NCBI GenBank assembly: GCA_947643595.1
Contig: CANRWP010000013.1
Coordinates: 263 to 64,262 of the forward strand
Length of the DNA stretch: 64,000 nt
Reading direction: 5' to 3'
Source of the DNA: an uncultured bacterium
Lineage (GTDB): Bacteria; Bacillota; Clostridia; Lachnospirales; Lachnospiraceae
A program made the translations under genes and the position numbers. Below, piece by piece: positions 8,269-17,160 of this stretch. The notes below the pieces were generated by a model that did not search any database, had not been told where the DNA came from, and saw only the letters and a list, made by a program, of their open reading frames with translations. Numbering within the stretch: the stretch's first letter is position 1; each line of letters opens with the position of its first letter.

Positions 8269-11187
8269 TCACCACAGTAAACTACTTTTAAAATACTTCC
8301 CGCACAGTGCAGTTCCCACTCCCGAAAATCCCGTCATCAACGCCGGATTATATTTCTCCCGTGCAGAAGCTTCCCCTCGTTCCAGTCGTTTCAATATCCG
8401 CTCCCCGAGTTCCCTGTACTCCTTCTCCAGTTCCGAATCCTCTTCCGACCGCAGATACTCTCCGAGCGCCAGATAGTTCCCCGCCAGCCCATGGCACAGA
8501 CAAAGCTCATCCTGCTCCATCTCCTCCAGAAAAATCTGTTTGCAGCGGTCTATATCACGTTTCACTGTCCCGGAATCATCCGGAAATCCGCACCGTTTCA
8601 ATCTCAATCTGGACAGCAGAATCCCTGCCGCTCCGTGGCACCACGCGTTGTTGCAAAACCGCTGTCCCTGAGGGTGCCGCAGATCCTTCCAGTTTCCGTT
8701 TTCATACAGACTGTCCTCATGCGCTAACAGCTCTTTGATTCTTTCTACATATCGCATATCCTCTGTCAGTTCAAGAAGACAGCCAAACGCAAGTATCAAT
8801 CCGCTGTTTCCATGTGCTATCCCGGCAAGCGGCTCCACCCCTTCCAACAGGCGCCATCCTCTTCCGACTTCCATGGCATCACAGCGCTCCCAGATCCCTT
8901 CCCCCATCCGCACCGCCGTTTCCAGATAGCGTTTCTCCCCGGATACCCTGAAAAGTTTCGCAAATACCGTCGCTGCCCCGGCAAGCCCGGAAAGGTAATC
9001 CATGGACGTTTCTGTCTCCCACATGCTTTCTACGATCTCCCCGTGCCGCTTTGCCCAAGCCAGAAACCGCTCTTCTCCGGTGACCTCATAGAGCAGCAGG
9101 TAGGTAAAAACAACCGAGCCCTCTCCGACAAAAGCGCCCGTATGCCCGGACGCTCTGCTCTGCGCCCCCGTTGCCGTTTCTTCCGTGTAACGGAATAATT
9201 TATTGACAGACAGCTCATAAATACGGCGGTATCTCCCGGATGGATATTTCTGCATCACTGCAGCCAGAAATACCGCTATGCCGCCGATTCCTTCATACAG
9301 GTATATCCCGGACGGAGCAATCCGGAAATTTCCACCCTCTTCCACCTGCGGGCCGTAAAATCCCACGTCTCCATTGTCAGTTGGAAGCGCCATATCACAC
9401 ACCTGATTGGCTATCCTTCGGACCTGCCTCTCTATCCGCTCTTCCCTGACTTTGCCGTCGCATACAGCATCAGAAACGTCCTCTTTCCTGCGGACAAACT
9501 TTCTTTTCTCCAGTATTCCGAGGGACAATGCGATCAGGGAAAGCTGCCTTTTCAGATCATCTTCCCCGAAACCCTTCTGCATTTTCTTCCATCTGCGAAA
9601 ATCTCCTTCCTGACAAAATGCAGGGATATCCATCTGATACAGAGCATCCCTCTCCTGCCTTGCCAGCTCCTCGTCTTTCTGGTTCTTATCCAGAACATGC
9701 AGAAACAATCTGCGCCTTCCGCCGTCTTCCAGAAATTCCGGATAAAACGAGGTCTGCAGATACATCTGATATTGTTGCGTATGGCGGATCAGGTATCTGC
9801 TTCCGCCGGAAAACAGAAGTCTGCATTTCCCTGTGATCTGCTCCTTTTCCTGCTGAAAATACCTGTAGGCACACTCAAATCCCTGACAGATCTCCTCCGC
9901 ATAAGCTGACGGATCCGCCCTCTTTCCCTGATAAACCGGCAGGCTTCCCGAAAATTCTGCCTCTCCCTGTTCATAGCCTATATGGATATCCGAACTTTCG
10001 GGCTTCCTGATCTTCGGAATGCGGAACGGTGTTTTTACCTTCTCCCCTCTGCCCAGTGCATTTAGAATGATACCTTTCCCGTCGCCTCCCCAGATAATGA
10101 CAGGCAGTATCCCGACGCTCAATACGGAATGTTTCAGTTCTTCAATGACCATCCGGTTCGCGTTTTCACGGACTGCATAATCAGGATTTCCCGGCAGGGT
10201 TTCCAGATCGACAGGGATCGGATATTCCCCTGCGGCAATGATATTTTCTCCGTGCATGTCGCTCATACCCATCAGCCGGCACAGGAAAAGCAGAATTCCC
10301 ATTCTCTGAAAATATCTTTTTACTTCCGCTTCGCTCTTACAGGAACGCTGTTCTATATAAGACTCCAGACTGTAATCCTTCTTTGCCAGAATCCGGACGC
10401 TCTGGAAAGAAAGACCGGCATTGCTGCAAAACTGTCCGTACAGTTCCATAAAACGCTGATCCTTTTCCAGACTCCGCTGCTTATAGATGAGGACCTCCTG
10501 ATTATCCGGATACACCTTTGCCACGGTCTGCCCGCCATGATGTGCGTCGGAAAGTCCGCATTCTATACTCTTTATCCTTTTGAAGGAATTCTCAGGGAAA
10601 AACAGTTTATTTATATTTTCCATATTTTTAGATATTTCTGATGCGATCTGCCTGATCTGTCTCGTCACGGTTACGATCCGGCATAACAGTAAACGTTTCA
10701 TCTCGGGATACCGATTACATAGCCCCCGGATGTAAGCCCGGTTATTTAAAAACCGTTCCTGATAGTCTCTGTACTCTTCTTCCGGATCTGCCCCCAGCAG
10801 TATGCCTCTTTCTCTGCAGGAATGTATATCCTGAATCAATGCCCGCATGGGTATCCATGCCACAGATGAGTAAAAATTGGAGAGAATTATATTTCTGAAA
10901 TTATCCTCATTGATTATCTCAGATTCTTCGGCATAAGTTACCGCAAGCCTGCCAAAAAAGCGATAGAAATTCCCGAAAGTTCCTTTCGAAAAATACTCCT
11001 CCCACCCTTTTTCCTCCTCGAACAGTTCATCGCAGAGAACGCTCAGTACAAAAACTTCTTCTTCAAAAGGATCAGAATATGTTTCCTCCTCGCAGGCATC
11101 TTCCCTTATGATTTTCTCGCACACTTCCTTTCCCAGAACTGCTTCCCAGTATTCCCTGTTCTTTTGTATTTCCCTTTTATAATCCAT
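8269..11187 (-). CDS. lanM: Class II lanthipeptide synthetase LanM
   Basis: Dehydratase motifs SDAHHGG, IYKQRS, DMHGEN, VDLET, RHTQQY. Cyclase motifs GIAHG, AWCHGAAG, LCHGLAG with the Zn ligands present. Confidence 0.95.
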   Translation of the reverse strand: MDYKREIQKNREYWEAVLGKEVCEKIIREDACEEETYSDPFEEEVFVLSVLCDELFEEEKGWEEYFSKGTFGNFYRFFGRLAVTYAEESEIINEDNFRNIILSNFYSSVAWIPMRALIQDIHSCRERGILLGADPEEEYRDYQERFLNNRAYIRGLCNRYPEMKRLLLCRIVTVTRQIRQIASEISKNMENINKLFFPENSFKRIKSIECGLSDAHHGGQTVAKVYPDNQEVLIYKQRSLEKDQRFMELYGQFCSNAGLSFQSVRILAKKDYSLESYIEQRSCKSEAEVKRYFQRMGILLFLCRLMGMSDMHGENIIAAGEYPIPVDLETLPGNPDYAVRENANRMVIEELKHSVLSVGILPVIIWGGDGKGIILNALGRGEKVKTPFRIPKIRKPESSDIHIGYEQGEAEFSGSLPVYQGKRADPSAYAEEICQGFECAYRYFQQEKEQITGKCRLLFSGGSRYLIRHTQQYQMYLQTSFYPEFLEDGGRRRLFLHVLDKNQKDEELARQERDALYQMDIPAFCQEGDFRRWKKMQKGFGEDDLKRQLSLIALSLGILEKRKFVRRKEDVSDAVCDGKVREERIERQVRRIANQVCDMALPTDNGDVGFYGPQVEEGGNFRIAPSGIYLYEGIGGIAVFLAAVMQKYPSGRYRRIYELSVNKLFRYTEETATGAQSRASGHTGAFVGEGSVVFTYLLLYEVTGEERFLAWAKRHGEIVESMWETETSMDYLSGLAGAATVFAKLFRVSGEKRYLETAVRMGEGIWERCDAMEVGRGWRLLEGVEPLAGIAHGNSGLILAFGCLLELTEDMRYVERIKELLAHEDSLYENGNWKDLRHPQGQRFCNNAWCHGAAGILLSRLRLKRCGFPDDSGTVKRDIDRCKQIFLEEMEQDELCLCHGLAGNYLALGEYLRSEEDSELEKEYRELGERILKRLERGEASAREKYNPALMTGFSGVGTALCGKYFKSSLLW

Positions 11188-11216
11188 TGTACCCCCTGCA
11201 AGTGAATAAACCTCCG

Positions 11217-11285
11217 AAAAATGATATGCCCCTTATCGGAACAGATTTTTATTTTCTTAAAATCCGCTTCGTAAGGAGCATACCA
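11217..11285 (-). terminator. Long stem-loop between lanA and lanM (attenuator or mRNA stabiliser)
   Basis: Minus strand TGGTATGCTCCTTA-CGAAGCGGATTTT pairs with AAAATCTGTTCCG-A-TAAGGGGCATATCA and is followed by a T run. Confidence 0.65.
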
Positions 11286-11318
11286 CAATCTTTAATTCCC
11301 TGCTGTAACGCTTTAAGA

Positions 11319-11459
11319 TCAGCAGCAGATAACGCTGAACAGCCCGCCAAAATCGACTGTAACCGAATAAGTGCCATTGTCTTCAACTGACATATTTACC
11401 TTTTCTGCTTCTTCCAGTTCCAACAATAAATTTTTTTCTGCTCTTAATTCAGTATTCAT
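11319..11459 (-). CDS. lanA: Lanthipeptide precursor, 46 aa: MNTELRAEKNLLLELEEAEKVNMSVEDNGTYSVTVDFGGLFSVICC
   Basis: Translated by hand. RBS GGAGG, ATG overlaps the kinase stop (ATGA), acidic leader, Ser/Thr-rich core ending in CC, directly upstream of lanM. Confidence 0.88.
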   Translation of the reverse strand: MNTELRAEKNLLLELEEAEKVNMSVEDNGTYSVTVDFGGLFSVICC

Positions 11460-12775
11460 TCCTTTTCCTCCTTCGCAATAAAGGCAAAGAGTTTTGCCTC
11501 AAAATGTTCTCCATCGTAATGAAATTCGATGTCTCCGTCATATTTTTTCAAGATGCGCCTTACCAGTTCCACCCCCATTCCATGTGCATTTTTATCTGCC
11601 TTGTCCGTTAAAAACTTCTGTCCTTTCATCACCGGACTTTTGGAACTGCTGTTTGCCAGTTTTAACATAAATCTATATCTGGCATTCCAGATCCGCAGAT
11701 ATATCTCCCGTCTCCCGGGTTCACATTTTTCGCACGCCTCGATCGCATTATCCAAAAGATTTCCCAGTAAAATCCCAAGCTCCGCCTCCTCAAAAGGATA
11801 TTCGTACACATCCAGTTCCAGCCGGAATCTGATCTCCTTTTGATCCATCACCTGTTTTTTATAATTTATGATAAAATCCAAAAATGGGAGGCCCGTCCAT
11901 ACCCGGCTTCTTTCCTCATTCAGCACTCCAAGATATTTACCAAGAAATTCTTTCGCTTCTTTATATCTTTTTTCCTCTATACAGCAGTACAGGTGTTCCA
12001 TAGTATGGCAGTATTCATGCAGATGCTCCACGCTTTTCTTATACAACTCATGGATCTCCGCAGTCTGCTCCTGCAGCAGACTCTGTGAAATATCCAGATT
12101 ATTTTTGTCTGTCTGTATTTTATTATAAGCGGTCCGCAGCAACACACAAAGAAGGGATACAGAAATACAAAAAATCAACAGTATATTCAGAACAAAATCA
12201 ACTGTCTGGAAGCCCTGCTTCCCGAGCCACATGTTATAGCTCAATAGAATCCATTGGATTCCCGTTACCGCAAATACCGCTCTGATGCGCTCCGCCAATA
12301 GTAAATGTATAAGCTTCTCATAATTCTCAGAAACCTTCTTCTTTCTTATCAGCAGTAGTATTCCGGTTACCACCATAATATACCAGCAGCATTCCAGAAC
12401 CGTACGGTTCCCTCTGTTTACGCTAATTAAAGCCTTCCCAAACCACATTCCCTCCAAAATCAGAACCGGCAGCTTCAAAAATGAAATGCTGGTCAGATAT
12501 AGTGCCACCAGTAAAAAAATATGACCGGTTTTTACTTCAAAAAAGCACTTATATATCAGGGAAAATATTATGGCAATTACTAAAATTGCTATATTGGAAA
12601 TATAAGAGTCCCAGGTACTCCAAATATATAATATACAAAGAACAGCACATCCAACCGCCCAAACACCCTTCAGCCATCTGCTGTCCTTTCTGAACTCAGG
12701 ATACAGGCTATATATGATCCATATCCCCTGCAGCATTTCTATTACCTGAATCAAAACATAACACTCCTGCAGCAT
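11456..12775 (-). CDS. Multi-TM GHKL sensor histidine kinase (AgrC/VirS-like)
   Basis: Hydrophobic N-terminal half, HEYCH H-box, GNLLDNAIEA N-box, HGMG G-box. Start chosen at the ATG after GGAGG. Confidence 0.9.
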   Translation of the reverse strand: MLQECYVLIQVIEMLQGIWIIYSLYPEFRKDSRWLKGVWAVGCAVLCILYIWSTWDSYISNIAILVIAIIFSLIYKCFFEVKTGHIFLLVALYLTSISFLKLPVLILEGMWFGKALISVNRGNRTVLECCWYIMVVTGILLLIRKKKVSENYEKLIHLLLAERIRAVFAVTGIQWILLSYNMWLGKQGFQTVDFVLNILLIFCISVSLLCVLLRTAYNKIQTDKNNLDISQSLLQEQTAEIHELYKKSVEHLHEYCHTMEHLYCCIEEKRYKEAKEFLGKYLGVLNEERSRVWTGLPFLDFIINYKKQVMDQKEIRFRLELDVYEYPFEEAELGILLGNLLDNAIEACEKCEPGRREIYLRIWNARYRFMLKLANSSSKSPVMKGQKFLTDKADKNAHGMGVELVRRILKKYDGDIEFHYDGEHFEAKLFAFIAKEEKE

Positions 12776-12776
12776 T

Positions 12777-13490
12777 TTATCCTCCATTGTCCATAATTGC
12801 ATCCCGCACATGGTTCCATTTCGACCTGCTGACCGGAAGAGTTTCCCCATTTCCGATATGTACCATATTGTCTTTCAAAGATGTTACATGGTCCATATTT
12901 ACAGCAAAGCCGCGCTCAATCACCATAAATTCTTCACCCCGAAGTTTTTCTACCAATTCCGTCAAAGACATCCTGACCGGTGTCTCTCCATCTTTATGTA
13001 CGATAACTACATATTTTTTGTCTTTTTTCAGGTAATAAATATCCCGATAAAATATCTTCCTCTTTTCCCCATAGTGCTCCACCATATAAAACCGTTCATA
13101 CTTTCTTCTCTTCCTGAGTGCCTCCTCCATCGTCAGATATGCCTGGGGAAGTTTTTCTTCCAGCTCTGTCTTCCAAATATAGCGGTAGGCATTTACCTCA
13201 TAACCATCTATGGCACACTCTCTAAAATGGCTGACATAGATCAGAATCGGCTCCGAAAATACCCTGCGGATCTGCTTTGCCACCTCCAATCCGTCCATCT
13301 CCGGCAGTTTCATATCAAGAAGATAGAGATCAAAATATCTGCCTCTCTTCAAATCCGCTAAAATATCCTTTCCACTTTTATAAACACATATTTCATAGTC
13401 CATGCTCATCCGGTCCATACATTTTTCTGTGATCTTACAGATTCGGTCAATATATATGTCCTCATCATCCAGCACTGCAATGTTTAACAT
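12777..13490 (-). CDS. LytTR-family response regulator (AgrA-like)
   Basis: Receiver motifs IAVLDD and LLDMKLP. LytTR C-terminus FMVIERGFAVN...LPVSRSK. Confidence 0.93.
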   Translation of the reverse strand: MLNIAVLDDEDIYIDRICKITEKCMDRMSMDYEICVYKSGKDILADLKRGRYFDLYLLDMKLPEMDGLEVAKQIRRVFSEPILIYVSHFRECAIDGYEVNAYRYIWKTELEEKLPQAYLTMEEALRKRRKYERFYMVEHYGEKRKIFYRDIYYLKKDKKYVVIVHKDGETPVRMSLTELVEKLRGEEFMVIERGFAVNMDHVTSLKDNMVHIGNGETLPVSRSKWNHVRDAIMDNGG

Positions 13491-13510
13491 TTTTCACCTT
13501 CCTCTTTATT

Positions 13511-14080
13511 TTAATCTTTAAATGTATAAATGCGGAACTGTTTTAAATCAAAAAAATAACTCTCCTCCCTGTTGATAACAAGTTTATAAACGTCATTCTC
13601 TAACATTTCCGGATAGCGATCGCCACTCCTGTTCCTTTCATAACAGTAATAATACTGCCCTTCTCTGTGGTTTACCAGTTTATCTATGATATCATCAACC
13701 ACCTCTGATTTTTTCATCGGATTCTTTCTGCTCGGCATCCATTTACCGATCAGTCCCTGTATGCCATACCGGCTTATCTTCATCCGTTTTGCCATCGGGG
13801 CACAGCTTTCCAGCAATTCTTCCATACTCGTACCCGCCAGTGCGCAGATGTCGTTGTATAATGCAATATCCGCCTCCCTTACCAGCCCCATCTTGATTAC
13901 TGCGCAGATCTGCAGGAGCGCCAGCTCAAGAAATTCCTCATCTTCCTCCTGACTGTACCACTTTTTTAACCAGTTCAGATTTTTACGCACATTCTCCCTG
14001 ACCGGCAGCCCCCGGCGGTTTAAAACCTCCAGCATATATACCATGGAAAGTACGGATTTTTCTTCTATTTTCTTCTTCAT
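13511..14080 (-). CDS. Hypothetical soluble protein, first gene of the LytTR/HK/lan operon
   Basis: ORF with GGAGG before the ATG at 14080. No motif recognised. Confidence 0.75.
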   Translation of the reverse strand: MKKKIEEKSVLSMVYMLEVLNRRGLPVRENVRKNLNWLKKWYSQEEDEEFLELALLQICAVIKMGLVREADIALYNDICALAGTSMEELLESCAPMAKRMKISRYGIQGLIGKWMPSRKNPMKKSEVVDDIIDKLVNHREGQYYYCYERNRSGDRYPEMLENDVYKLVINREESYFFDLKQFRIYTFKD

Positions 14081-14163
14081 CTTCGGCCCTCCAATACACC
14101 GCACTTTTATAAATGTTGTAAGCATATTGTTAAGTTCTATATCTCGCATTCCGGATTGGATTT

Positions 14164-14232
14164 ATTATAGCATAATTTCGGATGAATAAAATATTTTGAC
14201 CCTTAACAGTCAAAAGTTGACCTTAAATCGTT
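14164..14232 (-). promoter_or_regulatory. Putative LytTR autoregulated promoter: tandem repeat plus TGnTATAAT
   Basis: TTGACCCTTAACAGT (14196) and TTGACCTTAAATCGT (14217), period 21. Minus strand TGCTATAAT at 14172-14164. Confidence 0.75.
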
Positions 14233-14254
14233 ATTGCATCTAATCCATTTAATT

Positions 14255-14297
14255 AAAAAATGAGAATATCAGCCTATTCAGCTGATACTCTCATTTT
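14255..14297 (-). terminator. Rho-independent terminator of spoVT
   Basis: AAAATGAGAATATCAGC / GCTGATACTCTCATTTT inverted repeat with a T tail on the minus strand. Confidence 0.8.
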
Positions 14298-14299
14298 GC

Positions 14300-14845
14300 T
14301 CACTGTTCCATCTGCCTGCCCAGAAACCCGGCAGCCGACAGAATCAACTTCTGTTCCACCTCACCCATCTTTCCTTTTTCTGCATTGTTCAACAGGATGA
14401 CCGCCCCTATCACATCTCCCTCGCTGATGATCGGGCTGATCGCCTCCTGCCGGAACTCCTCCGAATTGTCCTGCGTCACCGGGATAAAATCCCGCTCCCC
14501 CTTGATGCTGACCACGCTCTCTCTGTTATTCACCTTGCTCTCCAGCTCTCTGCTGACATACTTCCCGACGGAATTTTTCATGCCGCCCGCCGCCGCAATG
14601 ATCTGATCCCTGTCCGCGATCATCGCCACATGGCCGGAGACCTGAGCCAGGCTCTCCGCGTACTGCTTTGCAAAAGTGGACATCTCGCCGATCGGGGAAT
14701 ATTTTTTCAGGATGATCTCCCCCTCCCTGTCCGTAAAAATTTCCAACGGATCGGACTCCCTGATCCGAAGCGTCCTCCGGATCTCCTTCGGGATTACCAC
14801 CCTGCCCAAATCATCTATTCTTCGCACAATTCCTGTTGCTTTCAT
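14300..14845 (-). CDS. spoVT: Stage V sporulation protein T
   Basis: MKATGIVRRIDDLGRVVIPKEIRR AbrB domain plus C-terminal GAF-like domain ending FLGRQME. Confidence 0.97.
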   Translation of the reverse strand: MKATGIVRRIDDLGRVVIPKEIRRTLRIRESDPLEIFTDREGEIILKKYSPIGEMSTFAKQYAESLAQVSGHVAMIADRDQIIAAAGGMKNSVGKYVSRELESKVNNRESVVSIKGERDFIPVTQDNSEEFRQEAISPIISEGDVIGAVILLNNAEKGKMGEVEQKLILSAAGFLGRQMEQ

Positions 14846-14937
14846 AGTTAAAGTTCCTCCATTTACAGTTTTTTCTAACGTTTCCATTTTAGTATCTGTA
14901 AAGGGAGGAACTTCTATACAAGCCTGAAAAACATTTT

Positions 14938-15558
14938 CTACCGCACTTCCATCTCAAAATCCGACGCCCCGTGCTTGCACAGCGGACAGACAAAGTCTGC
15001 GGGCAGATCTTCGCCCTCGTACACATAGCCGCAGATCTTGCACACCCAGACTTTCTTTCCCTCTTTCTCCTTCGGCGCCTGCGGTTTCGGTTTGATATTG
15101 TCCTGATAGTAGGTGTAGGTGACGGACGCCGCCTCGGAGAGCAGCTCCGCCGCCGTCACATCGGCGATAAACTGCGTGTGAGTCCCCAGATCGATCTCCT
15201 GCACCACTTTCCCGGAGAGATAGGAGTTCGTCCCCTTCGTGATATAGTACAGTCCGTTCTCACTGCGCTCCTTCGGACCGTAGTCCTCAAACTTGTCCAC
15301 ATTTTTTCCGCTCTGGAAGCCGAAATGCTTAAACGTATCGAAGGAGGCATCCTCCGCCAATACCGACACATTGAACATCCCTGTCGCCTTCACCATATCG
15401 TGCGTCTTATTCTGCTTATTCACCGTGATGGATATCCGGTTCGGCGTGCTCGTCACCTGCATCACCGTATTGATAATACAGCCGTTATCGAACCCATTCT
15501 CCTGCGCCGTCAAAACAAACAGCCCGTAGCTGAGCTTAAACATCGCTTTCTGATCCAT
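14938..15558 (-). CDS. Flavin reductase with C-terminal rubredoxin-like domain
   Basis: LSYGLFVLT...GTHTQF, then WVCKICGYVY...CPLCKHG. Confidence 0.9.
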   Translation of the reverse strand: MDQKAMFKLSYGLFVLTAQENGFDNGCIINTVMQVTSTPNRISITVNKQNKTHDMVKATGMFNVSVLAEDASFDTFKHFGFQSGKNVDKFEDYGPKERSENGLYYITKGTNSYLSGKVVQEIDLGTHTQFIADVTAAELLSEAASVTYTYYQDNIKPKPQAPKEKEGKKVWVCKICGYVYEGEDLPADFVCPLCKHGASDFEMEVR

Positions 15559-15662
15559 AAAATAACCTCCGTTTCTTATTTATCTTCTCCGAAACTTATC
15601 GCTGTATTCAGTATATAGCAGTAAATTTTCTGTGTCAAACGAAATCAGTAATTATTCCTGTT

Positions 15663-16229
15663 TTATGGAGCCAGCTTTCCCTCCTTGTAATGCCTTCTGC
15701 AGAGCGCAACGTACTTGTCGTCCGCCCCCAGACAGATCTGCCCTCCATCCCGGATGATCTCCCCTCTCTCGTCCAAGCGGGTATTACAGGATGCCCCCTG
15801 TCCGCACCAGCAGACCGTCTTGAGTTCCTCTATCACATCCGCCCAGGCGAGCAGCCATATGGATCCCTCAAAGGGCTCCCGGCGGAAATCCGTCCGCAGC
15901 CCGTAGCAGATGACCGGTATGCCGAGATCATCCACCACGTGCACAAAAAACTCGATATCGGACTTTTTACAGAACTGCGCCTCGTCCACGATCACACAGT
16001 CGTACTCTTTTATCTCCTCATCGTTCATCTCCACGAACTCTTCGACAAAGCGGCACTCCTTCTCCAGTCCCATACGGCTTCTGATCACCTTATCGCCGTC
16101 CCTGTTGTCCAGTTTCGGCTTCAGGAGAAACACCTTTTTGCCTCTCTCATAATAATTATACTCCACCATCAGAGCATTCGCTGTCTTCGAGCTCCCCATA
16201 GCGCCGTGTCTGAAATACAATTTCGCCAT
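15663..16229 (-). CDS. tdk: Thymidine kinase
   Basis: GAMGSSKT, VDEAQF, YGLRTDF and Zn-binding cysteines. Confidence 0.95.
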   Translation of the reverse strand: MAKLYFRHGAMGSSKTANALMVEYNYYERGKKVFLLKPKLDNRDGDKVIRSRMGLEKECRFVEEFVEMNDEEIKEYDCVIVDEAQFCKKSDIEFFVHVVDDLGIPVICYGLRTDFRREPFEGSIWLLAWADVIEELKTVCWCGQGASCNTRLDERGEIIRDGGQICLGADDKYVALCRRHYKEGKLAP

Positions 16230-16230
16230 A

Positions 16231-17160
16231 TCATTTCGCCTTCTGGAACGGTTTTCCGTTTGCCGCAGGCACTCTCGCCGTTCCCACGAACAGCACCAGC
16301 GCCAGGATCGTCACGATATACGGGATCATGGAGATCAGATTGGGAGATACCGTGTTGCTGGAAGTCGCCAGCACCTTCACGCCGTTGCAGAAACCGAACA
16401 ACAGACAGGCGAGCAGAGCGCCGTGGGGTTTAAACTTTCCGAAGATCACCGCCGCGATCGCCATAAAGCCCTGCCCCACGATAACGATCGGTCTGAACTG
16501 ACTCACTGTCGCCAGCGTGATGTAAGCTCCGCCCAGCCCCGACAGAAATCCCGATATGATGACACAGGTATATCTGAGGCGGTAAACGTTGATGCCAAGC
16601 GTATCACAGGCTTCCGGTGATTCGCCCACCGCGCGCAGCCGCATGCCGAATTTCGTCCTGTAGAAGACAAACCAGATCACTGCCACCAGAAGCAGCGACA
16701 GGTATGCGACCGAGTAGTTGCTCAGCACATTGTCCCAGAAAGAACCCACCGGGAAAATACCGTCGAACACCTTCGGCAGCTTCATGCTGATATCCACCGC
16801 GGGCGTATCGGAGGAACCGTCGTAGATCGCCTTGCAGAGAAACACCGCAAGACCCGGCGCCAGAAAGTTGATCGCCGTGCCGGAGATCGTCTGATCCGCC
16901 TGGAAAGATACGCAGGCGATCGCGTGGAGCAGCCCGAACAGTGCTCCCGCAAGCCCTCCCACCAGAAAGGCGATCCACGGATTTCCGCAGGTAAGGGCCG
17001 CCGCCGCGCCCACAAAGGCGCCGATCGTCATCATCCCCTCGATACCGATATTGATCACGCCGCTGCGCTCGGAAAAGCAGGAGCCCAGCGCTGCCAGCAG
17101 AAGGGGCGGCGTATATGTCATTGTCGCATTGATAAGCAAACCAAGATTCCTCAAAAGCAT
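16231..17160 (-). CDS. Nucleoside ABC transporter permease (NupC-like)
   Basis: SERSGVINIGIEG, GMRLRAVGE, hydrophobic. Confidence 0.9.
   Translation of the reverse strand: MLLRNLGLLINATMTYTPPLLLAALGSCFSERSGVINIGIEGMMTIGAFVGAAAALTCGNPWIAFLVGGLAGALFGLLHAIACVSFQADQTISGTAINFLAPGLAVFLCKAIYDGSSDTPAVDISMKLPKVFDGIFPVGSFWDNVLSNYSVAYLSLLLVAVIWFVFYRTKFGMRLRAVGESPEACDTLGINVYRLRYTCVIISGFLSGLGGAYITLATVSQFRPIVIVGQGFMAIAAVIFGKFKPHGALLACLLFGFCNGVKVLATSSNTVSPNLISMIPYIVTILALVLFVGTARVPAANGKPFQKAK

Noticed and set aside
11106-11390. ORF-track calls 11106-11288 (-) and 11187-11390 (+) as the LanM substrate
   Set aside because: They overlap lanM or the hairpin, or are antisense. The 11319-11459 ORF has the RBS, coupling and Ser/Thr/Cys pattern.
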